The notes below the pieces were generated by a model, which saw only the letters and a list, made by a program, of their open reading frames with translations, ran no database searches and was not told where the DNA came from. This document shows, in pieces, positions 38,300-47,612 of a stretch of 64,000 nt of DNA (its first letter is position 1; every line of letters begins with the position of its first letter). This stretch comes from an uncultured Alphaproteobacteria bacterium (GTDB lineage: Bacteria > Pseudomonadota > Alphaproteobacteria > HIMB59 > GCA-002718135). The translations under genes and the position numbers were made by a program. The stretch lies in contig CACKSM010000001.1 in assembly GCA_902602885.1 (NCBI GenBank), forward strand, positions 17,550 to 81,549, given 5' to 3'.

Positions 38300-39283
38300 T
38301 TACGAGGCATTAAGCCATTCATCAATCCATTTTTCTTTATTTTTATTAATTTCTTTTGGATCCATTTGAATAAAGTTAGGAACATCAAGTTTATCAAATG
38401 CCTCAGGTAAATCTTTTATATTTGTAACAGGGTACATAATATTTGTTGATGGTATGACTGATTGAAATTCTTTTGATAACATAAAGTTAAGAAATTTATT
38501 TGCTAAATCTTTATTTTGTGAATTATTTAAAATGCCTGCAAATTCAATTGTTATATAATTTCCCTCTTCAAAAGTTGTAGCAAGAATATCATACCTTTCT
38601 TCAAACATTATATGTGCAGCTGGAGATGTAGTATAACTTAATACCATGTCAGCTTCTCCTGCCATAAAAAAATTATAATATGCATCTGTCCATCCTTTGG
38701 TAACTGAAATAATTTTTTTATTTAATTTTTTCCACTCATCCCCAGCTTTATCTCCATATAATGCTTTCATCCAAGTTAATAATCCTAAACCAGGGGTAGA
38801 GGTTCTTGGATCTTGAATTACAATTCTAGCATTAGTAGAATTAATCAACTCATCCATTGATTTTGGAGGTGTTGCTAAATTTGCTTCATTATAAACAAAA
38901 GAAAAGTATCCATAATTATATGGAACAAATTTATTACTTTCCCATTTTAATGGTAAATTAATTAAGTTGTTTATGTCATTGATATTATGAGTTGTAAAAA
39001 GCTCAGATTGTTCGGCTAAATCAAATAAATTCATATCAAGGCCTAAAACTATATCTGCCTTGGAAGTATCACCTTCTAAAATAACTTTATTCAATAATGT
39101 TGCTGCACTGTCTACAGCAACAAATTCTAAATCCGCATTATGTTTTTCTTCAAATATTTTTTCAATTATGGGTCCTGGACCCCATTCTGATACAAAAGAG
39201 TCGTATGTATAAATGGTTAGTTTCTCTGCATAGATTGAGAAAGAAATAAATAAGGTAGTTAAAAAAATTAGTATTGTTTTCAT
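38300..39283 (-). CDS. thiB: Thiamine/TPP ABC transporter substrate-binding protein
   Basis: It is collinear with E. coli ThiB as I recall it (LTIYTYDSFVSEWGPGPII, ADIVLGLD, DPRTSTPGLGLL.WM, LSYTTSPA, MYPV), has a signal peptide and has a TPP riboswitch in its leader. Confidence 0.9.
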   Translation of the reverse strand: MKTILIFLTTLFISFSIYAEKLTIYTYDSFVSEWGPGPIIEKIFEEKHNADLEFVAVDSAATLLNKVILEGDTSKADIVLGLDMNLFDLAEQSELFTTHNINDINNLINLPLKWESNKFVPYNYGYFSFVYNEANLATPPKSMDELINSTNARIVIQDPRTSTPGLGLLTWMKALYGDKAGDEWKKLNKKIISVTKGWTDAYYNFFMAGEADMVLSYTTSPAAHIMFEERYDILATTFEEGNYITIEFAGILNNSQNKDLANKFLNFMLSKEFQSVIPSTNIMYPVTNIKDLPEAFDKLDVPNFIQMDPKEINKNKEKWIDEWLNAS

Positions 39284-39350
39284 GTTTCCTCCGCTGGCAT
39301 TATCCAGATCAGGTTAAAAGGGTATAAATCTCAGCATTTAAGCACCCCTA
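39284..39350 (-). promoter_or_regulatory. TPP (THI-box) riboswitch in the thiB leader
   Basis: The minus-strand RNA is GGGGUGCUUAAAUGCUGAGAUUUAUACCCUUUUAACCUGAUCUGGAUAAUGCCAGCGGAGGAAACAUG. It contains the invariant CUGAGA and ACCUGAUCUGGAUAAUGCCAGCG blocks. The SD GGAGGA follows directly. Confidence 0.92.
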
Positions 39351-39431
39351 AATTAATTATAATAAATATTATTTTAGAAAACAAACATAAAAGATTGTTT
39401 TTAAGTTATTTATGAATATAACAAATTTTTT

Positions 39432-39508
39432 CGGGGAGTAGCGCAGCCTGGTAGCGCACCTGGTTTGGGACCAGGGGGTCGAAGGTTCGAATCCTTTCTC
39501 CCCGACCA
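39432..39508 (+). tRNA. tRNA-Pro (anticodon TGG)
   Basis: Cloverleaf: acceptor CGGGGAG/CTCCCCG, D-arm GCGC..GCGC, anticodon arm CCTGG-TTTGGGA-CCAGG, T-arm GAAGG-TTCGAAT-CCTTT, with an encoded CCA. Confidence 0.95.
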
Positions 39509-39515
39509 TAGATAA

Positions 39516-40673
39516 ATGTTTAACTTTCATTCAACAGCTAGCTTAATTTTTGGTAATGACACAGCAGTTAATTCAAGTGATCAAATTCTCAATTTGTTAG
39601 GAAAAAATATTTTTGTAATAACTGATGAAGGATTAACAGAATTAGGATTGTACGATAAAACAATTAAAAAACTTCAATCATACTCAAATATAAATATATT
39701 TAATAAAGTTGAATCTGATCCTTCAAAATCTACTTTATTAAAAGCATTTGAAGAGGCAATAGATTTTAAATCAACTGGAGTTTTAGGTTTTGGAGGCGGT
39801 TCATCTATGGATGTTGCAAAACTTATATCTTTACTTCTTGGGTCTAATCAGAATATCGATACAATATGGGGGGTTAATAATGCAAAAGGTCCAAGAATGC
39901 CACTTGTACTAATTCCTACAACAGCAGGAACTGGTTCAGAAGTTACACCAATTTCAATAATTAAGATGGATGACAAAGAAAAAAAAGGTGTTTCTTCAAA
40001 ACTTATTTTACCTGATCTTGCTATTTTAGATCCATTATTAACTATTAATCTACCTCCAAATATCACTGCATCAACTGGAATAGATGCTATGGTTCATGCA
40101 ATCGAAGCTTACACTTCTATAAATCCTAACAATAATCCTATTTCAAAAATGTTATCTATAGAAGCACTAAAGTTTATCGGATCATCAATTAAAACTGCTG
40201 TATTTGAGGGATATAATATAAATGCCAGATCAAATATGCTATTTGGATCAATGTTAGCAGGTAAAGCTTTTGCAAATTCTCCAGTAGCAGCAGTACATGC
40301 TTTGGCATATCCTATAGGAGGTCTATTTAATATATCTCATGGACTTTCAAACTCTTTAGTTCTTCCAAGTGTGATGAAATTCAATTCCATAAACAAAGAA
40401 ACTAAAAAAAAATACGCTAATCTTGCACCATTTGTATTTAAAGATTTAGATAATAGCAAAAGTGATGAGATTGTGTGTAACAATTTTATAGATAGTTTAG
40501 AAAGTTTGTCTAAGGAACTTAAATTACCTTATAGGTTAAGAGATCTAGAAATTCCTGAGGAAGCTTGCCAATTGATGGCTAGTGAAGCAATGAAACAAAC
40601 TAGATTATTAGTTAATAATCCGCGTAAAATTGAAGAATCTGACGCCTTTAATATATACAAATCTGTTTGGTAG
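39516..40673 (+). CDS. Iron-containing (group III) alcohol dehydrogenase family protein
   Basis: 385 aa with [24 protein letters not shown] and metal-binding His residues ([25 protein letters not shown]). Substrate is unknown. Confidence 0.85.
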   Translation: MFNFHSTASLIFGNDTAVNSSDQILNLLGKNIFVITDEGLTELGLYDKTIKKLQSYSNINIFNKVESDPSKSTLLKAFEEAIDFKSTGVLGFGGGSSMDVAKLISLLLGSNQNIDTIWGVNNAKGPRMPLVLIPTTAGTGSEVTPISIIKMDDKEKKGVSSKLILPDLAILDPLLTINLPPNITASTGIDAMVHAIEAYTSINPNNNPISKMLSIEALKFIGSSIKTAVFEGYNINARSNMLFGSMLAGKAFANSPVAAVHALAYPIGGLFNISHGLSNSLVLPSVMKFNSINKETKKKYANLAPFVFKDLDNSKSDEIVCNNFIDSLESLSKELKLPYRLRDLEIPEEACQLMASEAMKQTRLLVNNPRKIEESDAFNIYKSVW

Positions 40674-40723
40674 ATTTTGTTTACTTATAACTTAATTTAC
40701 CTATTTAAATTAAATAGACCTTA

Positions 40724-42334
40724 ATGATAAAATCAACAGTTAATCAATTTGCAAATTCTCTTGGGTTAAACAAAGATGAATATATTCCAGAGGGCAGAGC
40801 TTCCTTTTCACTATTTAAAATCGAAATTCTATCTGGATTAACAGTTGCAATCGCCCTAGTTCCAGAAGCAATAGCATTCGCTTTTGTAGCAGGTGTAGCA
40901 CCTCTTTCAGGATTGTACGCAGCTTTTATTGTAGGCTTAGTAACTGCAATTTTTGGTGGGAGACCTGGAATGATTTCGGGAGCAACAGGAGCATTGGCTG
41001 TTGTTATGGTTTCATTAGTATCGGAACATGGAGTCCAATACTTATTTGCCACTGTAATCCTGATGGGAATTTTACAATTTCTTGCAGGAATTTTTAAATT
41101 AGGAAAATTTATGAGAATGGTTCCTCAACCTGTAATGCTAGGTTTTGTAAACGGTTTAGCTATTGTAATTGGTTTATCACAATTACATCAATTTCAAATA
41201 TATAACTTTGATGGAACATTTACATGGATGTCAGGGGAAGTGCTTACATATTCTTTAGTATTAGTTTTCTTAACCATGTTAATAATATGGTACTTACCGA
41301 GGGTGACTAAATTTATACCATCTACATTAGCTGCAATTCTTCTTGTTACTTTTCTAGTTTTACTTTTAGATTTACCTGTTCCAAGAGTAGGAGATTTAGC
41401 AAGTGTAGCAGGAGGGCTTCCCAATTTTTCTATTCCAACAGTTCCACTTAATTTAGATACTTTTTTCATTATTTTTCCTTATGCAATTATTTTGGCAGCT
41501 ATTGGATTAATTGAAAGTCTCCTAACTCTTAATCTAGTAGGAGAAATAACAAACAAAAAGGGTGGAACAAGACAAGAATGTTTAGCGCAAGGTGTTGCTA
41601 ATGGTATCACAGGCTTTTTTGGTGGTATGGGTGGTTGCGCTATGATTGGTCAATCAATGATAAATGTAAAATCTGGAGGTAGAACAAGAATTGCTGGCAT
41701 ATCAGCAGCAATTTTTTTACTAATTTTTATTCTTTATACTTCAAATTTAATTGAACTTATTCCTATTGCATCATTAGTAGGGGTTATGTTTATGGTCGTA
41801 ATTGGAACATTTGCTTGGAATTCACTAAAATTATTATTTGTTGTTCCTCGTTCGGATGCATTGGTAATTGTTTTAGTTACTTTAATAACTGTATTAGAAG
41901 ATTTAGCAGTTGCTGTAGTTGCTGGTGTTATTATTAATGCACTAGTATTTGCGTGGAAATCTGCTTCAAGAATTAGAGCAATTGAGAGACAATCAAGAAC
42001 AGAAAAGGGTGCTAAGGTATATGAAATTGAAGGACCACTTTTTTTTAGTTCCACTAATAGTTTTTTAGATATTTTTAAGCCTTCCAAAGATCCTAATTTA
42101 GTAATAATAGATTTTGCAAATTCAAAAGTTATTGATCAATCTGCTTTAAAAGCAATTGAGGATATTGCAGAAAGATATTCCAAATTAGGAAAACAAGTAA
42201 AGTTAAGACATCTTACAAAGGACTGTCACAGCCTTTTAAGAAAAACAGGTCAATTGATAGTTGATAGTGATGATGATCCTGATTATGGAATTGCAGTTGA
42301 CTACGGTGTTAAATTAGGAATTTTTGGTAAATAA
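40724..42334 (+). CDS. SulP-family anion transporter with C-terminal STAS domain
   Basis: 536 aa. The SulP N-terminus is present (LSGLTVAIALVPEAIAFAFVAGV.PLSGLYAA), and the C-terminal STAS domain reads YEIEGPLFFSS...IDQSALKAIEDI. Confidence 0.9.
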   Translation: MIKSTVNQFANSLGLNKDEYIPEGRASFSLFKIEILSGLTVAIALVPEAIAFAFVAGVAPLSGLYAAFIVGLVTAIFGGRPGMISGATGALAVVMVSLVSEHGVQYLFATVILMGILQFLAGIFKLGKFMRMVPQPVMLGFVNGLAIVIGLSQLHQFQIYNFDGTFTWMSGEVLTYSLVLVFLTMLIIWYLPRVTKFIPSTLAAILLVTFLVLLLDLPVPRVGDLASVAGGLPNFSIPTVPLNLDTFFIIFPYAIILAAIGLIESLLTLNLVGEITNKKGGTRQECLAQGVANGITGFFGGMGGCAMIGQSMINVKSGGRTRIAGISAAIFLLIFILYTSNLIELIPIASLVGVMFMVVIGTFAWNSLKLLFVVPRSDALVIVLVTLITVLEDLAVAVVAGVIINALVFAWKSASRIRAIERQSRTEKGAKVYEIEGPLFFSSTNSFLDIFKPSKDPNLVIIDFANSKVIDQSALKAIEDIAERYSKLGKQVKLRHLTKDCHSLLRKTGQLIVDSDDDPDYGIAVDYGVKLGIFGK

Positions 42335-42790
42335 TTAAAACTCTAATGATCCTTCAACAGAATACTGTAAAATATTTACAATCTCATCAACGTTTTTTGT
42401 AACAGCAAGTGCTGCTGCATCTACTTCTTTTAAAGCATGCTGATGTTCATCGTTATGCATTATTATGAGAGATTTATTCAAGGCTGATGCATAACCTGCA
42501 TCAAAAGCAGCATTCCATTGTTTATACTTCTCACCAAAACGTACTACAACTATATCTGCTTTTTCAATCGAATTTCTAGTTCGTATAGCATTTATTTTAG
42601 CTCCTTTGTTATCGTGCCAAAATTTTTTTTCTTCTTCACCAAGTATTTTTACACCAACATCATCTGATAATTCATGATTAGTAGTCGGGCTTGAAAATTC
42701 TATTTCTAAATTCTTAGATTTACATTTATCTATAATCTCATCTCGCCAATTAGTATGAATTTCACCAGATAAATAAACTTTTAATTTCAT
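42335..42790 (-). CDS. YtoQ-family protein (nucleoside 2-deoxyribosyltransferase-like fold)
   Basis: It is collinear with B. subtilis YtoQ as I recall it (KVYL.GEIH.NWR.EI, FGEKYKQWN.A.DA.YA). Confidence 0.8.
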   Translation of the reverse strand: MKLKVYLSGEIHTNWRDEIIDKCKSKNLEIEFSSPTTNHELSDDVGVKILGEEEKKFWHDNKGAKINAIRTRNSIEKADIVVVRFGEKYKQWNAAFDAGYASALNKSLIIMHNDEHQHALKEVDAAALAVTKNVDEIVNILQYSVEGSLEF

Positions 42791-42798
42791 TTTTTAAA

Positions 42799-43569
42799 TT
42801 AACCTAAATATGCCGCAGTTAATACTGGAAAACTTGTAAATCCGAAATTACCTACTTTTTCAGATTTATTTAATTGCTTTTTCCAATCATCTACTTTGTC
42901 TTCTGAAACACCTTGGCTTAAAGCAAACTTACTTAACATAATTTCATAAAAAATTGCTGGTGAATTATTATCTCTATTTGTAATTAAATACGATAAATTT
43001 TGAGAGCTTATATTTTTATATCCAAGTTTTTTTAATTTACCATTTAAATCGAGTGGAAGCATTTGATGAAAACAATGTGCTCTAAATGCCTCATGAATAA
43101 GATCATTAATTTCTTTTTCTGGTCCATAAAATCTAAAATAGTCCCAGAGAATTGAGACATTAACAAATTTAGAATTAGTTTTAGAAATTCTTTTTATCTC
43201 CTTTAAGGATGTATCTATATCTTTGATATATTCTAATGTTTGAGTAGCTGTAATTTTATCACATGAAGCATCTTCTATATTGATATCATCAGCTGTAGTA
43301 CAAATAAGTTCCACATTATTTTGATCTTTACATTTACCGCTTGCAACATCTAACTGATCTTGACTTGGATCAATTCCTATTACTTTGCCTTGTTCTCCAA
43401 TAGATAATGAAATTTCTTGCACTAAATGACCACCACCACAACCAATATCGATAATAGTTTCATTAGTCTCTAAATTTAGGGCATTTAAAATAGCTAGTCT
43501 TCGTGAAACTCCAGCATAACCGTTCGCTATTTTTTGTTGAATAATACTAGTTTCATTATCAAATTTCAT
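42799..43569 (-). CDS. Class I SAM-dependent methyltransferase
   Basis: Motif I is IIDIGCGGGH, post-I is VIGIDPS, and the size is 256 aa. Substrate is unknown. Confidence 0.8.
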   Translation of the reverse strand: MKFDNETSIIQQKIANGYAGVSRRLAILNALNLETNETIIDIGCGGGHLVQEISLSIGEQGKVIGIDPSQDQLDVASGKCKDQNNVELICTTADDINIEDASCDKITATQTLEYIKDIDTSLKEIKRISKTNSKFVNVSILWDYFRFYGPEKEINDLIHEAFRAHCFHQMLPLDLNGKLKKLGYKNISSQNLSYLITNRDNNSPAIFYEIMLSKFALSQGVSEDKVDDWKKQLNKSEKVGNFGFTSFPVLTAAYLG

Positions 43570-43618
43570 TTTATTATTTTTCTTATATATTTTTTAGTTA
43601 TATAAAAAATACATATAA

Positions 43619-44029
43619 ATGGAATATCAAATAACAAAAATACTAATTATTTCTTTTTTTAGCTCGATATTAATTTCGTTATTTTTAAACACAAGATATA
43701 TTATTTTTTTCAAAAAATTTTCAAAAAATAAAAAAATCTTATTAAATTTATTTATTTATTCTTTTTCTTCTTTGATATTGATTTTTATTAATTATTTGTT
43801 GAGTTTAAATGGATTCACTTCTTTAATAATTTTTAATGCTGCAATCATTACACTTATATACTTTGAATTAGCTCTATATTTAGAAAAAGTTTTTTGGGAT
43901 GATTTTTTAGGAAATTCACTCCCTAAATCAATCAATATGCTTATTAGTTTTGTTGTAATGATGAATTTTGGTTATTTTACTCTTATGTTTTACATAAAAA
44001 TTTTAGATATTGATTATTTTGTCACATAA
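43619..44029 (+). CDS. Hypothetical membrane protein (about 4 TM)
   Basis: The ORF is long and hydrophobic with an extremely AT-rich composition. I recognise no family. Confidence 0.4.
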   Translation: MEYQITKILIISFFSSILISLFLNTRYIIFFKKFSKNKKILLNLFIYSFSSLILIFINYLLSLNGFTSLIIFNAAIITLIYFELALYLEKVFWDDFLGNSLPKSINMLISFVVMMNFGYFTLMFYIKILDIDYFVT

Positions 44030-44119
44030 ATATCATTATAAATTAATATACAAAATACTTACAATTTTTATGAAATAATATTTTCATATTAATAAAATAT
44101 TTATTATTAATAATTTAGT

Positions 44120-44818
44120 ATGAATAAAGTTTTGTTTGTATTACATCAAAAAACTTCAGTTCCAGGAGATGTAGGAAATAAATTTAGAGATAGGGGATAT
44201 GTTGCTGAAATATGTAGGCCACCTTTAGGTGAAGAACTTCCTTTAAATATTAATCAATACTCAGCTATAGTTGTTTTTGGTGCACCAGGAAGCATAAACG
44301 ATGAAGATGAATATATAAATAAAGAATTAGAATGGATAAACAAAGTTATAAAAACTGACATTCCTTATCTTGGAATTTGTTTTGGCGCACAGTTATTAGC
44401 TAAATGTTTAGGTTCAGAAATAACAACTAATAAAGACGGGCTTTCAGAAATTGGTTTTTATAAAATTGAACCAACTGAAAATGCAAAAAATCTTTTTAAT
44501 TCTCAAAAGATTTTTTTTCAATTCCATTCTGAAGGATTTTCTCTTCCTACAGGCTGTGAGTTATTAGCAAGGGGTGATATTTTTAATAATCAAGCTTTTA
44601 AATATCAAAATTGTTATGCTCTCCAATTTCATCCAGAAGTAAATTTTAAACTTCATATGAGATGGCTGTATTTAGTGTTATTAAAAAATCCTAAAAAATT
44701 ATTCGTCAAAGGTGCTCAAAATATATTTGTTCAACTTTATTATCGTTACAAATATAATAAAAATATATCAAATTGGCTAGATTCATTTTTAGATCAGTAT
44801 TTTTTAAAAAAAACTTAA
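44120..44818 (+). CDS. Class I glutamine amidotransferase (stand-alone, GuaA-N-like)
   Basis: The catalytic Cys box is LGICFGAQLLA and the His/Glu box is LQFHPE. Confidence 0.8.
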   Translation: MNKVLFVLHQKTSVPGDVGNKFRDRGYVAEICRPPLGEELPLNINQYSAIVVFGAPGSINDEDEYINKELEWINKVIKTDIPYLGICFGAQLLAKCLGSEITTNKDGLSEIGFYKIEPTENAKNLFNSQKIFFQFHSEGFSLPTGCELLARGDIFNNQAFKYQNCYALQFHPEVNFKLHMRWLYLVLLKNPKKLFVKGAQNIFVQLYYRYKYNKNISNWLDSFLDQYFLKKT

Positions 44819-44830
44819 ATGCTAATATAA

Positions 44831-45589
44831 GTGAAAATTAAAAACCTATATTTTTCACCTGTAAAATCTCTTTCTTTCAATAATGTAGATAACTTAGAGA
44901 TAATTAAAAATATTGGTATAAAAAATGATCGAATATTTGCTTTCACTAATAATCTTAATCTTAAAGATGTAGAATTAATAAAAAATAATCCTTTAAAACG
45001 AGAAATACACAAATTTTTATCATTAAAAAAATATCCTGAATTAAATCAATATAATTTTTTATTAGAAGATAATTTTTTAATACTAGAATTTGAAAATAAA
45101 ATAATTTTAAAAACAGATATTGATAATCAACATGAAGTAAAAATCTTATGTAGTAAACTTGAAGATATTTTACCAAATATAAATAAAATTAATTTATTAA
45201 AAGATAATATGAATCCTTTTTTTGATACAATGCCAAATAAATCAATATCATTTATAAATTTAAACAGTATTAAAGATTTTGAAAACCTATCTAATATTCA
45301 AGTTGAACATGAGCGTTTTAGAGGAAATATATATGTAGAAGATTTAGATAAATGGGAAGAAAGGAAGCTGGTAGGTAAAGTTTTATCAATCAGTGATATA
45401 AAATTTAAAGTTATTAAAGAAATTCCCAGATGCTCAGCAACTAATATTAAGCCCAAAACTTCTGAAATAAATCTTAATATTCCTTTAAACCTAAAAAAAT
45501 TATACAACCATATAAATTTAGGAATATATCTAGATCCTTTAAATGATGGTAAAATAAATAAAGGTGATCTTATAAAAATTAATGAATAA
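44831..45589 (+). CDS. MOSC domain-containing protein (YcbX-like, no ferredoxin domain)
   Basis: It has a MOSC_N-like beta-barrel N-terminus (LYFSPVKSL), RFRGNIYV and the conserved Cys in IPRCSATN. The start is GTG. Confidence 0.7.
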   Translation: MKIKNLYFSPVKSLSFNNVDNLEIIKNIGIKNDRIFAFTNNLNLKDVELIKNNPLKREIHKFLSLKKYPELNQYNFLLEDNFLILEFENKIILKTDIDNQHEVKILCSKLEDILPNINKINLLKDNMNPFFDTMPNKSISFINLNSIKDFENLSNIQVEHERFRGNIYVEDLDKWEERKLVGKVLSISDIKFKVIKEIPRCSATNIKPKTSEINLNIPLNLKKLYNHINLGIYLDPLNDGKINKGDLIKINE

Positions 45590-46706
45590 ATTCTTATTAA
45601 ATCATTCAGAAAAACTTACAGGATATCTATTAATTCTTCCTGCTGTTTTAATAATCAGTCTATTTGGAATTTTTCCTGTTTTTTTTGGAATGTACATGAG
45701 TGTACACAAGTGGAAAGTTTTTAAAGGGAGATTTTTAGGATTTGAGAATTACCAAAGAATACTTGGAGACATACCAGCTTTTTGGTTATTTGTTTTAGGA
45801 TTATTATTATTGATATTGAGTTATGGACTGTGGAGTGAATTTAAAAATAAAGTAAAAAATAAAATCTATTTAGCATTTTTTTCTATAGCAATATTAATTA
45901 TTGGAATAATATTAATTAATATCAATTGGGAAAAAATGCTTTTAACAGGCGATGAAGACTATCTTTACTCTCTTATTTATACTTTTTATTATTCGTTTTT
46001 TACTATAATTTTTGAGGTTGGATTAGGATTAATAATAGCATTTGCTTTGTATCAAAAATTAGCTGGTAAACAATTCTTTCAAATGATTTTACTATTTCCT
46101 TACATTACTCCAGCAGTAATGGGTGCTGCAGTATTTTTTTTAATATTTGGTAAAGCTGAAAATTCTTTTTTAAATCAACTAATAGGAATATTTGGTTTTG
46201 AGCCTCAAATGTGGTTATTTGATAAAAGACCTATTACCGAAGTTTTATTTGGTATCAAAATAGAAGGTCTACTAGCTGGACCAAGTTTAGCTCTAATGTC
46301 ATCAATCATATATGGAATATGGTCTTATACTGGCTACTATGCAATAATTTTACTCGCGGGTTTATCAATTATACCCTCTGATTTATATGAGGCTGCGAAA
46401 GCAGAGGGAGCTAGTAGATGGCAAACATTTATTAAAATTACCATACCACTATTAATGCCTATTATATTTTTTCTAATGTTGACTGGTTTTATAAATACCT
46501 TTCAAGCTTTCAATAGTATTTTTGTTATGCAAACTTCTTCTGCTGGAGATACAATGGATGTTGTGACAATAGAAATTTTTGATCATTTTTGGGGTAGAGT
46601 GAAATATGGTTATGCTGCAGCTGAAGGAGTAATTTTATTTATACTGCTAAATATTTTAGCAATATCGCAATATGTAATTTTTAGAAAAAGATTAAGCTAT
46701 GACTAG
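45582..46706 (+). CDS. Carbohydrate-type (CUT1) ABC transporter permease, MalF/UgpA-like
   Basis: It has an EAA-loop region (DLYEAAKAEGASRWQTFIKITIPLL) and multiple TM segments. At 374 aa it carries extra N-terminal TM segments. Confidence 0.85.
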   Translation: MNKFLLNHSEKLTGYLLILPAVLIISLFGIFPVFFGMYMSVHKWKVFKGRFLGFENYQRILGDIPAFWLFVLGLLLLILSYGLWSEFKNKVKNKIYLAFFSIAILIIGIILININWEKMLLTGDEDYLYSLIYTFYYSFFTIIFEVGLGLIIAFALYQKLAGKQFFQMILLFPYITPAVMGAAVFFLIFGKAENSFLNQLIGIFGFEPQMWLFDKRPITEVLFGIKIEGLLAGPSLALMSSIIYGIWSYTGYYAIILLAGLSIIPSDLYEAAKAEGASRWQTFIKITIPLLMPIIFFLMLTGFINTFQAFNSIFVMQTSSAGDTMDVVTIEIFDHFWGRVKYGYAAAEGVILFILLNILAISQYVIFRKRLSYD

Positions 46707-47544
46707 AATTATTAATGCTGAAACAAGGATACCTTATTTAATTTTATTAATAGTTTTTATTATTTCAATTTACCCATTTTTTTACATGATATCCACATCA
46801 TTGATGACAGCTGGAGAAGCGTCAAATCAATATTTATTTCCAAAAAAATTGATGTTTGAAAATTATTATGAAGTTTGGACATCTAATAGATTCCAACGTT
46901 ATACATTTAATAGTTTAATAATAAGTTCAATAATTGTCATTGGTGTTTTATTAACTAGTGTTCCAGCAGCATACTCTTTTGCAAAAATAGAATTCCCATT
47001 TAAAAATATAATATTCTACATGTTATTACTTTCATTAATGATTCCAGAAATAATTACATTATTACCTCATTTATTAATTATTAGAGGGGAAATTATTCCA
47101 TTGCCATTTGGACCTTCTTGGATGAATAGTCTTCAAGGTTTAACAGTTCCATTTATGGGAAATATATTTGTAATTTTCTTATTAAGACAATATTTTAAAA
47201 AGATACCAAATGAATTATGGGATGCTGCAAGACTTGATGGATCTTCTCATTTAAATTTTTTACTCAAGGTAGTAATCCCAATGAGCAAACCTATTATTGT
47301 GACAGTCTCTTTATTTACTTTTATTATAGCGTGGAATAGTTTTGCTTGGCCTTTACTTATATTAACTAGAGATGATTGGTATCCTGTAACAGTTTCTATC
47401 TATAGTTTTGTGAGAGAAGTGGGGCCTAATTTTAATTTATTGATGGCTGCTTGCTTAATTGCAATTTTTCCAATTTTAGTATTATACTTTTTTACTCAGA
47501 AGTTATTCATAGAAAGTATATCAAACTTTGGATTAAAAGAATAA
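46699..47544 (+). CDS. Carbohydrate-type (CUT1) ABC transporter permease, MalG/UgpE-like
   Basis: EAA loop ELWDAARLDGSSHLNFLLKVVIPMSKP. 281 aa with 6 TM segments. Confidence 0.85.
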   Translation: MTRIINAETRIPYLILLIVFIISIYPFFYMISTSLMTAGEASNQYLFPKKLMFENYYEVWTSNRFQRYTFNSLIISSIIVIGVLLTSVPAAYSFAKIEFPFKNIIFYMLLLSLMIPEIITLLPHLLIIRGEIIPLPFGPSWMNSLQGLTVPFMGNIFVIFLLRQYFKKIPNELWDAARLDGSSHLNFLLKVVIPMSKPIIVTVSLFTFIIAWNSFAWPLLILTRDDWYPVTVSIYSFVREVGPNFNLLMAACLIAIFPILVLYFFTQKLFIESISNFGLKE

Positions 47545-47612
47545 ATCAGTAAATTTTTTGTAACAAAACTTTAATTTTACCTCTATATTAATTAATATTT
47601 TACGGGGTGATT

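Noticed and set aside
38117-38410. 97-aa + strand ORF spanning the thiP/thiB junction on the opposite strand.
   Set aside because: It is a shadow ORF. Both minus-strand genes are strongly supported by homology and by the upstream TPP riboswitch.
44069-44088. Inverted repeat TATGAAA-TAATAT-TTTCATA upstream of the glutamine amidotransferase gene, as a possible operator.
   Set aside because: Seven-bp A/T-only arms are expected by chance many times in DNA this AT-rich. There is no second copy or adjacent regulator to support it.
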